Assembly: GCF_033153115.1 (NCBI RefSeq)
Contig: NW_026889803.1
Location: 33,232,001-33,296,000 of the forward strand
DNA from: Saccostrea echinata
Taxonomy: Eukaryota
DNA length: 64,000 nt
Direction of reading: 5' to 3'
Part shown: positions 11,502-31,400 of the stretch, in pieces
Position numbering within the stretch: position 1 is the stretch's first letter
How the letters are laid out: every line of letters starts with the position of its first letter
Made by a program: the position numbers and the translations under genes
The notes under the pieces: generated by a model
What the model was told of the DNA's origin: nothing
The model's database searches: none
The model's input: the letters and a program-made list of their open reading frames with translations, nothing else

Positions 11502-14500
11502 ATGGCGTCTCTTGTACCTAATTATGGTAGTGATGAAGATTCGTCTTATACGGATTCAGATGATAATGTCACAATATCAACGACGTTAGTATTAATTCAT
11601 ATTTAGATAAACTTCTATATTACTGCCATATACAATGCATACCTGCATTTGAGGTGGCACATAACAGAAATAATTATAAATTGTCAACATTGTCATTCTT
11701 AAAATATGAACAACTCAACAAATGAAGACGAAAAGCGGTTTTCATGAAACTGTTTTATCATTATCATGGCTAGTCAGTGTAGGAATAGTATTTAGTCTCA
11801 GTTCTAGTTCATCTTAGTACTGAAACATAACCTGTATGTGATAATGTCACTGTCATGTTTGAAGGTGCGACTGCAACCATTGGGATAAGCGCATTTTTAT
11901 TATCACATACTATATATACAGTAGATATACTATACTAATATGCTTTACGGTCCCACTGGGCTGAACACAGTTGTATACTAAAAAAACTTTTACATAACAA
12001 AGTTTATACTTTAAATTTTGATCCGGCTGCCTCTTCGAACTTCAAAGCTCATGAGATAGTCATACTGCGACACCACATGATGTCGTATCTAAGTTGCATT
12101 TCCATAACTGAGTCTAAATAGGCCTTTTGCAATTTTGTAACAAAAGGCATTGTAGAGAAGATGCAATTATTTTTAGTCTTGTTTAAGTTCTTGCAGATTT
12201 AAATCAACGACGTTAGTATTAATTCATATTTGGATTCGCCATTATCGCATGAAATCCTGGTAGCAATGGAATTCTGAAAAGGTTTCACAAAAAAATTTGC
12301 ATTGAAAAATCAGAAGTTTTTGAAACAGCTCCATTATAAAGTAACTTAAAGTCATATCTTTACCAAACTTGTATGAATGTTGTAACGAGATTTACTAGAC
12401 ATACTTTGGATGCTGCATCAAACTAATAATTTATTTTTCTTTTTGGATGAGTGAATATAAAGCAGGTTTATTGGTTTATTCCCCAGTGACTGTTAACTTT
12501 ACCTAGCCCAAACTTGCATGGTTGTTTAGGGTTGCACTCAATCAGACTTGCTTTAGATGCTGTGTCTGACCTACATTTTCTGGAAATTCACTGTAGATTC
12601 TTGCATATATTGAGCTGATCATTTTTTTTTAAAGTGAGTCTTGAGAAGTTAAAGATCAGGTTCACATTTTTTTGGACAGATTTTTGATGGAATTACAGCC
12701 TATACCATTTGGAGATTCAGTATTTAAATCCTTTTCAGATTTTCACTATTAATATTATTTAGCAACACTTGCACTTGCTATGTCACAAAGGTTCTTCAAG
12801 AACAACTGCAATTAATAAGACATTTAATTTCCAACTTCTGCCCGATATATCATGTCAGCACAACTCAAACACCATCTTACTTCCTCTATCATGATAATGT
12901 TAAGAATATATTTTACACAATTGTTTCACTAGATTTGCATCCCCCCTTACTGCACCTGAGATCTGAGCATATTTTACAGCAAACTGGAGTGTAAAACCAA
13001 TTTAATTTGTGCAGTGAAATGATTATTCAATGATGTTTTAGACATATGAAGGACATTTAAAAATTTCCAAGAACTGTTTTATAAAATATTAAACATTTAA
13101 CGGAAGTTGATGTGTTTTATACTCTGAGGGACTGGTCTTGCAATCAATCTTTGTTGTGAACCCACCTCTGCTGCTGTAGTAAGCACAATACTTCATGTAC
13201 AAATCTGATGAAACAGAAAAATTAACTTTGAAACATACTGCACTGAGCATTGATCATGGTTTCAAATTGTGACATCTCCAGATAAGATGAGCAGTAAATA
13301 TTGAGACTGAATTATTTTGAAAATCTATTTGAAAATGTTAGTGTTAGGGATGGGTATCGGCAACAATTTTGTATTGTGATATATCACGATTTTTTCCCAC
13401 AAATATCAGGATAAATTGTGATATTTTTACACACAATTTTTACTAATATTTCAAATGAATTTCCATAATATTTCTTAAAAATATGCTATAAAAACATTAA
13501 CTTTACTTTATAAATCTTTATTTATTTAATATAAAGCATGTTTGGATGCTGTTGTTTAACTGTTTTGAACATTTTTTACACTTTCTGTAATTGTCATTCA
13601 ATGGTTTGAACAAATAAATGAATAATTTCTGGAATTTTTAGTTATATGTACCAAATACCGGTATTTTACTCTCCGTATCACGATTCATATCACGTAATGA
13701 AAAATCGCATCCCTAGTTAATGTACGATTGATATACTATAAAAGCAGAAATATTCATTTAGGATTAAATATTGTAACAGTTGTTAACAGTTATCAACGAA
13801 ACTAAATCCCACATGATTTTTTATTGTCAATGGATAGAGTTGCTTTCAAAACAACAAAATTTAATGACTACAAAACTGTTTTAAATGATAATTCATTGAA
13901 ATTTTATCCCCATGAAAATTTGTGCTTCTACAGTTTTTTTAATCAGTAAGAGCATTCACTCAATAGAGTGCTGCATTCAATTTTGTAATCTAATTCATTT
14001 CCTTATGTTTATAATATTATGTGTTCAGTAGAAGTCTTTGTCTTCTTCTGTTACTATCTTGTTTAACTACTTTTAACATGTAAACCATTGCATTTAATTG
14101 CTTTTGACAACCAGAGTTGGATGTATATAGTTAATGGTGCTTACACAGGCAACTGTCACTGGTTAATATGTAAATAAAGGTGGACTTCATTATTTCGAAC
14201 ACCAATATCTAGAAAACCAGGAATATGTTGAAGTGAGTTTGCAGCCCCAAAACCTTTATGTTTTTTATCCTTGTTACATGTATCTTGGATCCTTGGATAT
14301 CTCAATTTTAAGTTTAATCTTGGTCTTGTAGATTTTGAGATAACTAGGTTTGACTGTACATATCTAGGAAAATGTCAGGATAGTACTCACATAATTTAAT
14401 TTTATTCACTCCATTTTCTCAGGGCACAGAAAGAAACGGAAGACAAAGCAAATCAGAACTTTTTTGATGCTGGTGCAAGTAGTTCAGATGAAGATGACAA

Positions 14501-15020
14501 AGAGGATGTAAAAACTGATGATAAAAACCGTCTTCCTAATCCAATGCTAGGCAGTCTCCCTCAACCAGTGTTTGATGCAGACAATGAGAAGGAATTACTT
14601 TCTGTGTTCACAAATCCTTACGAACAGGCAGAGCAAGCTAAAAATACTGTTCTTGAAAAACATGTCAAAATGGTCGAGAGGAATATTCCAAAAGGAAAAG
14701 CTGGGCAAGTCTGCTTTAAATACAAGAAAGGAAAGTGTCCGTATGGGAAAAATTGTAGATATTCTCATGACTTGAGTTCAGAACTGATTTCAAAACCACC
14801 AGCAATGACGGAGGAAAAGTCAGTGTTTGATTTTCATCACCACTCTGTTACTGTGCAAAAAATTGAACCTGAGCTGGAAGATGATGACAATTATATGGCA
14901 AATGCCAAAAGGAAAAAAAGGTCTGGAATTACTGACAACTTATTGCCTCCAAAAAGAGCTCTAAAATCATTGGATAAACAAAGACAAACTGAACGGCCAT
15001 GGACTGTTTCTGATAAATAA
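11502..15020 (+). CDS. CCCH zinc-finger protein, 226 aa, two coding exons
   Basis: Exons 11502-11584 (MASLVPNYGSDEDSS..., AC|GTTAGT) and 14423-15020 (ttttctcAG) join in frame with the 14544-15020 ORF. CFKYKKGKCPYGKNCRYSH is C-x7-C-x5-C-x3-H; basic KRKKR patch; AATAAA at 15107-15112. Confidence 0.85.
13345..13715. mobile_element. hAT-type MITE, copy 2 (same family as 3695-4093)
   Basis: Same termini and internal sequence; TSD GTTAGTGT / GTTAATGT; ~30-bp subterminal deletion. Confidence 0.88.
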
Positions 15021-15308
15021 AATTGATAGTTTTCTTAAATTGTGTTTGTCATATGATGTAACCACAAATTCATAATGGTAAATTATGCCATATACTATTA
15101 CAGTGCAATAAAATTTACTCTATATTTACAGCATTACTACATGTTACTGATATTAAATATAGTAAACAGTGAGAGAATAATATTTACATGTCAACTTGAA
15201 ACAGTTTCTGAACAGACTTCATTACCATAGGAATAAGTTAATGTTATGCTCTTTTTTATTTGGGGAAAATGATTTTTCAGTTTTTCTGTAGCTGAAAATT
15301 CTATCATT

Positions 15309-16585
15309 TTTAGCTCATCTCAACAAAGTTGGGAGGATCTAATGTAATACCCTTGGCGTCAGCGTCCCAGGTAAAAGTTTTTGGAGCAGATTTTTTTTCA
15401 AGTACTTCTATGCCTTATATTTATCAGAGATGCATGGAAGATGCTTCCTAGTATGTATCATTGTACCAGTAAAGGTTTCAAATGCCACAATTTCAGCTAA
15501 AAATTGACCAGGTTAAATTTTTGGAGCAGGTTAAAGTTTTAGGAGCAGATTTCATTTCCTACCAACTAACAGCCCTATATTGACTAAACTTGCATGGAAG
15601 ATACATCTAAGGATGCACAGTGCACTACTAGGCTTGCTTCAGATGCTGGATTTGACTACATTTTACGGATGAGTAACCAGGTTAAAGTTTTGGAAGCAGG
15701 TTCATTCAAAAGTAACTACATGTATAAACCCTACATTGACTAAACTTTAATGGATGATACATTAAAGAGTGAATATCAGGCTTGCTTCGGATGCTGGAAC
15801 TGAACATCTTTATCTGGATGAGTGACCAGGTTAAAGTTTTTGTAGCAGGTTCATTCTAAAGTAACTATTTGTCCTACCTGGACCAAGCTTGTTTGGAGAT
15901 ACATCTAAGGATGCACACTACTGGACTTGCTTCAGATGCTGAATTTGACTTACATATTCCAGATGAACAAAGAAGTTTTTGGAGCAGTTTCTTACTAAAG
16001 TGACTATAAACCCTATTCTAACCAACTTTGCACTGAATATACATTTATTGATGCACACTACCAGTGTTGCTTTGGATGTGGGATTTGACCTACATTTTCC
16101 AGATGAGTAATTAGGTTAAAGTTTTTGGAGCAGGTCCATGACCAAGAAACTGTATGGTCTATGTGAACCAAACTTGCATGGATAATGCATCAAGGGATGT
16201 ACACTACCAGAGTTGCTTCAGATGCTGCATTTGACCTACATTTTCTAGATGAGTGACCAGAGGTTAAGTTTTTAAGAGCAGGTCCATTAACAAGAAGCTA
16301 TAAGTCCTATCTAAGCCAAACTTGCATGGATGGTGCATCAAGGGATGAACACTCTAAAAAATGCTTCAGATGCTGAATTTGACTTACATTTTCAGGATGA
16401 GTGACTAGTTTAAAGTTTTTAGATAAGTCCTTTCCCAAGTAATTGCAAGCTCTATCAGACCAAAATTGCATAAATGTTGCATATAGGAATGTTACTAGAT
16501 TATTAGTTGAGTTTACTAAATTATTGGTTTAGTGTGGGACTTTGCCTTACTTAAAGACAACATTTGTTGAGGTGAGCTCTATAAT
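15309..16585. mobile_element. Helentron-type element with ~147-bp tandem core (left arm of inverted pair)
   Basis: Starts TTTAGCTCATCTCAAC, ends GAGGTGAGCTCTATAAT; units GGTTAAAGTTTTTGGAGCAGG...CTTGCTTCAGATGCTG. Confidence 0.75.
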
Positions 16586-17132
16586 TTCTGATTACCAGTA
16601 CCTATGTTTCCAAGAGTGAATATCTTGGATAATGATTATTGAATCTTGATAATGTGAATCATCATCACTATAATCTTACAGGTTAGTCATTATCTGCTGT
16701 TACTGATTAGCCAGAGAATACAGTAATTATTGTTACCCCTCTCTATCCCAGGGTAGACCATACAGTTTCTTGGTCATTGACCTGCTCCAAAAACATTAAC
16801 AAAATGCAAACTTGATCTGTAACTCATCAAGGTAAATCACATTCCAAAAATCAGTTCAATATTTGCAAGCGTTTGGAAAAAAAGGTGTGGAAAACCAAGT
16901 GGGACAGATAGAGGGACAGACTGATGAATGGACAGACAGACAGATGGACAAAAGAGGAGAAAACTTATAGTCCCCTCTGGTCTCACTCAAAGGGAAGTAA
17001 TAACTAATAATCTAGATTTCAAAGTTCGCTTCCAATATATTCTGATGTAAACATTTTATCTCAATGTGAATTACATGTATTAGAAAATTTGAAAGTCTGG
17101 GCCATAACTTTTATAAACATAGGTAATCATTG

Positions 17133-18307
17133 ATTACAGAGCTCACCTCATCGAATGTTGTCTTTCAGTAAGGCAAAGTCCCAAACTAATAATCTAGTAG
17201 TGTGCATCCCTAGATGAAATATTTATGCAATTATGGTCCGATTGGGCATGCAGTTACTTGGGAATTGACTTACCTAAAAACTTTAAACTAGTCACTCACC
17301 CAGAAAATTTAAGTCATATCCAGCATCTGAAGCAAGATGGAGAGTGTTCATCCCATGATGCATCATCCATGTTAGTTTGGTTCAGATAGCCCTATAGTTT
17401 ACTTTAACCTGGTCACTCATCTAGAAAATGTAGGTCAGATACAGCATTCGAAGCAAGCCTGGAAGTGTCTATCTTTAGATGTATCATCCATGTAAGTTTG
17501 GTCAACATATGGCTTAAAGTTACTTGGAAATGAGACCTTCTCCAAAAACTTTAACCTCAGGTCACTCATCTGAAAAATGTAGGTCAGATCCAGCATCCGA
17601 AGCAAGTCCAGTAGTGTGCATCCTCAGATGTATCATCCATGCAGGTTTGATCAAGGTAGGGCTTATAGTTACTTGGAAATGAAACCTGCTCCAAAAACTT
17701 AAACCTGGTCACTCATCCAGAAAATGTAGGTTAGATCCAGCATCTGAAGCAAGTCCAGTAGTGTGCATCTTCAGATGTATCATCCATGCAAGTTTGGTCA
17801 ATATAGGGCTTATAGTAATACTTGGAAATGAGACCTGCTCCAAAAACTTTAACCTGCTCCAAGAACTTTAACCTGCTAAAAAAACATTAACCTGGTCATT
17901 CTTCAGCAGGAATTGCAGCATCTGAAACCTTGACTGGTACAATGAAACATACTAGAAGCATCCTCCATGCATATCTGATTAAGGAGGCTGGGGGTCAACA
18001 AATTAACCACCAGATTTAACTTAATTTTTTAGATATGATATCTTAAGCTGTCAACTATCATTTGGCAAAGAAAAATTTCAAAAATTTTAGTTTTAAAATT
18101 TGATCATTTTCTATATCTTCATATGGAGCTCTTCTTCTAAAGGAGATCAATATAGTCTAAAAATGGCCACAACCCCCAAGCCTCTTTAAATAAGGACATA
18201 GAAGTACTTGAAAAGAAATCTGCTCCAAAAACTTTAACCTGGGACACCGAGGCTGACACCAAGGGTATTACATAAGCTCCCCCAGCTTCATTGAGGTGAG
18301 CTAAAAA
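17133..18307. mobile_element. Same family in opposite orientation (right arm of inverted pair)
   Basis: ATTACAGAGCTCACCTC... to ...TTGAGGTGAGCTAAAAA is the reverse complement of the ends and core of 15309-16585. Confidence 0.75.
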
Positions 18308-18755
18308 TGGGTCAATGAGGTCAATGAAACTCGAACTTGATCTGTAAGTCATCAATAACAAAGGACATATGAAAAATCAGCTCATTTTCTACACACATAG
18401 GAAAAGAAAAATCTAGAAAACAGTATCCACACAACGTCAGGGTCTCGGAGTCAAGACATTGTGTTGACTCACGACCCCTTACGTTGTGAGGATGAGAAAA
18501 ACAGTGAATTATTTAAAATTTTCAAAGTCTAAGGCCATAACTTTCATTAAAATGGGCCAATATAAAAACTCAAACATGATCTGTAAGTCATCAATATCAA
18601 GAGGCCTTCCAAGAATCAGTTCATTTTCTACAAGCATAGGAAAAATAACTATGACAGAATGATTGACTGAAAGGGGTACCACTATGGCCAGGCCATTTCA
18701 TGGCAGGGGCATAAAAAAATTACATGGTTTTTTTCTGCCATATATGCAACCATTA

Positions 18756-19800
18756 ATTCAAGTGGCCCATGGGCCACAATGCTCACTTGAGTCACTATGG
18801 TCCTTCTGTTCTTCATCAGCAGAATAGTCCCTACATTGTTCCTGTGAAATTAAGATCACATATTGCAGCCCTATCCTACTCCCCAGGGGTCATCATGATT
18901 TGAACTTTGATCCCCTGTTGTGGCCCCTCTCTACCCCTGAGGGGTAATGATTTAAACAGATTTGAATCAACACTACTTGAGGATGTTTCCATATAAGCAT
19001 GGCTCTGCTGTTCTTGAGAAGATTTTTAAAGATTTTCCCTATATATATATATACCAATGTAAAACTCATGATTTGAACAAACTTGAATCAATATCACCTG
19101 AGGATTGCTTCCATATAAATATGACTAATCATGGATTTGCTGCTCTTCAGAAGAGGACTTTTAAAGATTTTTCCAATGTATTCCCAAGTAAAACTTTGAT
19201 CACTCATAGTAGCCCAACCCTACCCCCTGGAGTCATGTTTTGTCCAAAATTGAATCTACTCTACGTCAGGAAGCTTTCACATTTTTCATCTTTTTTGGCC
19301 CATTGGTTCTTGGGGAAAAGATTTTTAAATGACCCCACCTTTCTTTTACTTCTCTTAATCATCTCCCCTTGTAAGAGGATGTGGCCCTTCATTTGAATAA
19401 ACTTGAATCTCCTTTACCCAAAGATATTCTGTTCCAAACTTGGTTGAAATTGGCCCACTGGTTCTGGAGAAGATGAAAATGTGAAAAGTTTACATCACTT
19501 AAAACGAAAGACAACAAATTTTATTCAGAAAACTTCACTTGAGCTTTTGGCTCAGGTGAGCTTATAAGTTAGAAAAACAAAGGATTTTACTGTTTAAATG
19601 ACCCCATCTATTTTTGCCTTTTCTTGATTATCTTCCCTTGGAGCCCCCCCTTTTTTTTAAACTTGAATTTACTTTACCCAAGTATGCTTTGTGGCAAGTT
19701 TGGATGAAATTAGCAAGTGTTTCTAGAGAAGAAGAGGAAAATGTGAAAAGTTTACAGCAACAACAACAGAAATAAAAATGACAATGGACAAATTTTGATC
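18756..19800 (+). mobile_element. Helitron-associated element with ~160-bp oyster-type satellite core
   Basis: 5' GGCCCATGGGCCACAATGCTCAC; 3' stem-loop TCACTTGAGCTTTTGGCTCAGGTGAGC near 19560, followed by a partial second tail. Confidence 0.7.
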
Positions 19801-20448
19801 AAAAAAGTTCATATGGACCTTTAAGTCTTTTGAACAATTATCCAAATTAACTTCCCTTGAGTGCACTCTTTTCCATTAAGTTTGATCTTATCCAAATCTT
19901 GCAAGATTTTGAAGGAAAACAAATAATGTTATCTCATGATGCTCAATGCTCATCTTTAGGTTCCATGCCACTTTGTTTTCTTAACATTCCATTACATCAT
20001 GCTTTATTTTTCCAAAGAAATCCCCAGTTTTGAGATCTACCTTCTGTCTGTTGTTAACTTAATGTCCCCAGCCCGTAGGATTGATGTCTCCTCTGGGCTC
20101 CTGCTATTTACAAAAGCACATCTTTTCCTAAACTTTAATCATAGACTGTTCAAAACCTGTTTCTCAGATTTTTTTTTTTGCTAACAGACTAACAGACAAA
20201 CATATGAAAACATTTTTAAACTGTTCTAATTTTACATGGTTTTTTTTTATCTATCATACTAGTAACTTAGTAAGAATAAGTACCAAGTGAACAAAACACT
20301 ATACATTTGATATTACACATGAATAACAAAGATGAATGAATATTATAGTAGTTTTATTTAAGCCATTAAACAAGTCTGCATTAACATGATGCCTCATACA
20401 AAGATCTCTGAAATAAAATTAAGTTTTTCTTGAATTCCTTTAACACTT

Positions 20449-28001
<7,553 letters not shown>

Positions 28002-28443
28002 TTTGGCAGAGGTCCCCAGTGTACATCCAAATTCTGATCCCGATGGTATTTTTAAAAATATATATATTCTGAACTCTGAACTTGTTTTAAAAATCGAAAT
28101 TATTTTTTTTTTTTTTACTGCTGTCTTATTTCAAAATTTGAGCTATCGACAACATAAATTAATAACGTAATTTCTAAGATTTTTTTTATTGATCGGAATC
28201 GTAATACACTCAATTCAGTTGTCAACACCAAAAACAGAATTAGTAGAAACTTAAGAAAGTCTCTTTTGCAATAAAGAGCTTGTTGTTGAGCTTATAACAG
28301 GTTTGATTACCTCATATTATGCTAGGGTTTTGTTTTTCCATGTCTTGTGTATAAGAGAATTGCAAATTAATGTCATATTTAATCTGTAGGCAACATTTTG
28401 TATCATTCTCAGCAGCTGCATGAAATGTTTTGTAGACGTTAAC
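28002..28443. promoter_or_regulatory. Putative bidirectional promoter (NDUFS8 / UBE3B)
   Basis: Divergent start codons 442 bp apart. Confidence 0.65.
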
Positions 28444-31400
28444 ATGTTCAGTAAAGTAGATATAACCAAAAAGAACCAGTTTTTGGAACAGACTAAAGCA
28501 TTACGAGAAGAAAGAGCTAATGACAAACTAAAGAATGATGCAGCCATTGTCATTCAAGTATGTTTAAACATCTTAATTCTATTGTGGATGAGTGACCGGT
28601 GTAGATTAAGTTTATTTTGTGAATTGAGTTAATTTTTTCTTTTGACATTTAAGTGTTGAAAACTATGGAGCAAATTTACCATCATATTTATTATTTATCA
28701 AACTTTGATGAAATAGAATTGAGATCATGTAGATAAATATGTAGGTATTATAATTGAATGTTTGATATTTGTAGGCTACTGTCCGAGGATTTGTTACGAG
28801 GTGCAAATTACACAGAGAAATATGGTAAAATGTTTTCCAAGTTATTGAATGCAGCAGTTTTAAACTGAAATTATTTTAGTCTGTTAAAGGCATTAAGCAG
28901 TTTGAATTTCTCTTTTTTTTTTAACCTTCTGCAGCAAAGAGCTAGAAGATGTGCTAGAAATTCCACCAGATCCAGGAGCAGTTTATAAGCCAAAGCTCAA
29001 ACCAGGTTCTTTAAAATAGATAAAATGTCAAAACCATGTTGCACATCTACATGATATTGCACATTTTTATTTTTTACTATTGCTTAGATGTAGGAATACC
29101 AGTTTTAATGATATTAATTTGTAAATCACAGCATTTTAGTTCATGGGAACCTTGGGGTCAAAACCAAACTTTTAAAAAAAGTCTTATTTCACATCTACAA
29201 GACATGAACAATCATATGCAAGTTTAGGTGATCTGAATAAATAAAAATGTAGGTTGTGTGATGACAAGAAGTGTGACATATTGATGAGAGGATGGGGTAA
29301 AACATTACATGAATTCTATATGGAAAGAGAGGGTATGGTAAAGGGCATATTGTTGAAATAAAGTGGTACATGTCTGGCCAGATTGATTTTATTGAAACAC
29401 TGTAGTAATGACTGAATATGATAAATTAAAAATAATGTGAAAAACATACATGATTGGCTTCAAAATGAAGAGTAAGTAAACTTACGCACATGAACAGAAG
29501 ACTCTTCCATTTATATATTCAGATATGTTTTACCAAAACTAGCTATGAATATAAGAAAATTTTGTTAATTTGTGACAATATATGTAGTCCTTACATCAAA
29601 ACAATATGACTTTAAATGTTTAGATTTTTAATGATGAACAAGTGATATGGTTTTTATTCTCTTTACAGCACTTGAAGTATACAGGACAATACAAAAGTTT
29701 TTCTTTGTTTTTGACAAAGACAGAGATGCTGGGGTAATAAAGTCTGCATATTATAAAGCAAAAATTATGTCGATTACATAATGACAATACAAACAGAGAG
29801 GGTGCTATTGCAATATGTGTAGAGTACTATACTACTGTAAAAATGACTTTTAATCATCATGTAGAAACTATACAAATGTATTTCTATTTGATGGTTTAAA
29901 GGGCCATTTTCTACATTTGTATTTGTAGATGTACATGTAATAATATGTAATTGTAATTTTCTTCATTACAGCAATTTGATTACCTCTGCAGATACCTACT
30001 GTCATCAATGGATACAAGTGCAGACAATATGAAGGTAAAGCCAATTTTGAAAGATTCCATTAAAATATGCTACTTTTACTCATAAAATAATCAAATAAAG
30101 ATGTCAATATTGGTCACTTTAAATGAGACTATGCAAGAGTTTTATTATTGTTATTTAGATTCATGCTAATGAGTGACTGTATATAAGACTAAGTTGAAAG
30201 GAAATTTGATTTCTCTTAAAATGTCAATTCTTTGTCCTTGTATAGAGAGCAATATAACAACTATTTACAAGATCATTTCAAAATCTTAAAACTTCCTTGG
30301 ATCATAAAAATTATTGCACAAAAAGATTTCATTTTCAAGCTTTATTCAAATAAATCATAATATCAAGTGGACATCCTTAATAACAAAATTGATAACATTT
30401 TTTGCCATGGGCTGTGCACACGTTCTGCAATCTATTAAGATGATTTTTTCCCTTAAATTTATAATGAGTCTACTCCTGTAACAGTCATATAGTGTAACAA
30501 GTCCTACTCCTGTAGTCAGTTGTATAGTACAAGTCCTACTCCTGTAACAGTCATTTGGTATAACAAGTCCTATTCCTTTAGTCTATTGTATAGTATAACA
30601 AATCCTACTCCTGTAGTCAGTTGTATAGTATTACAAGTCCTACTCCTGTGGTCAGGTGAATAGTATAACAAGTCCTACTCCTGCAGTCAATTGTATTGTA
30701 TAACAATTCCTACCCCAGTAGTCAGTTGTGTAGTATAACAAATCCTACTCCTGTAACAATGTTAAGTATAACAAGTCATCTTTTTACTTTAGCAAGATGT
30801 ACTCCTTTATAAGAAGTCATACCCTTGTAGCCTGTTGTTTAGTTTAACAAATCATACTCATGAAACACTTGTTAAGAATATTAAGTCCAACTTTTATATA
30901 CAGTTGTGACCAAGAAATTAACAAAATGCACTTTGTAATCATCAAATTTCTTTATTCACAGATGTGCTATGTTTATTTAGTATTGAACAAAGATGTTGTG
31001 TTACCCTGGATAGCACAGATCAAAGAAGTTTTGTGGAAGTGCTGCTCTTTTCTCAAGTCTTTAAAGGTATGTTACTTAGTACCAACATGTAATGTAATCA
31101 GTCAGGGGTGAGACTGAAATCCGTCATTTTTAAAATGACGATTTTAAGCCATAAAATAAAATTTTTATTATGACTTAAACTCGTCATTTTTAAGAAAATG
31201 ACGAAAAACAGTCATAAAAATTTAGAGTGTTTATAGAATACCGAGTTACCTCTCTTTGAAAAATGTTAGATCCACCAACCGAGAAAAGGACAAAAAACAT
31301 CGTAAACGAACTTCATTTCTCTAATACAGTTGACTACAATACTGGTTATGTTGACAGTATAAATTTCCCAAGCAAAAATAAGAGTGGAAGAGTTATTTGT

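Noticed and set aside
10846-11521. Plus-strand ORFs 10846-11088 and 11312-11521
   Set aside because: The first is antisense to the GTPase exon 1; the second is out of frame with the real ATG at 11502.
18962-19396. 144-aa ORF and similar ORFs at 6008-6409, 23043-23231 and 63114-63305
   Set aside because: They lie within satellite-core Helitron-type repeats; no transposase or helicase motifs.
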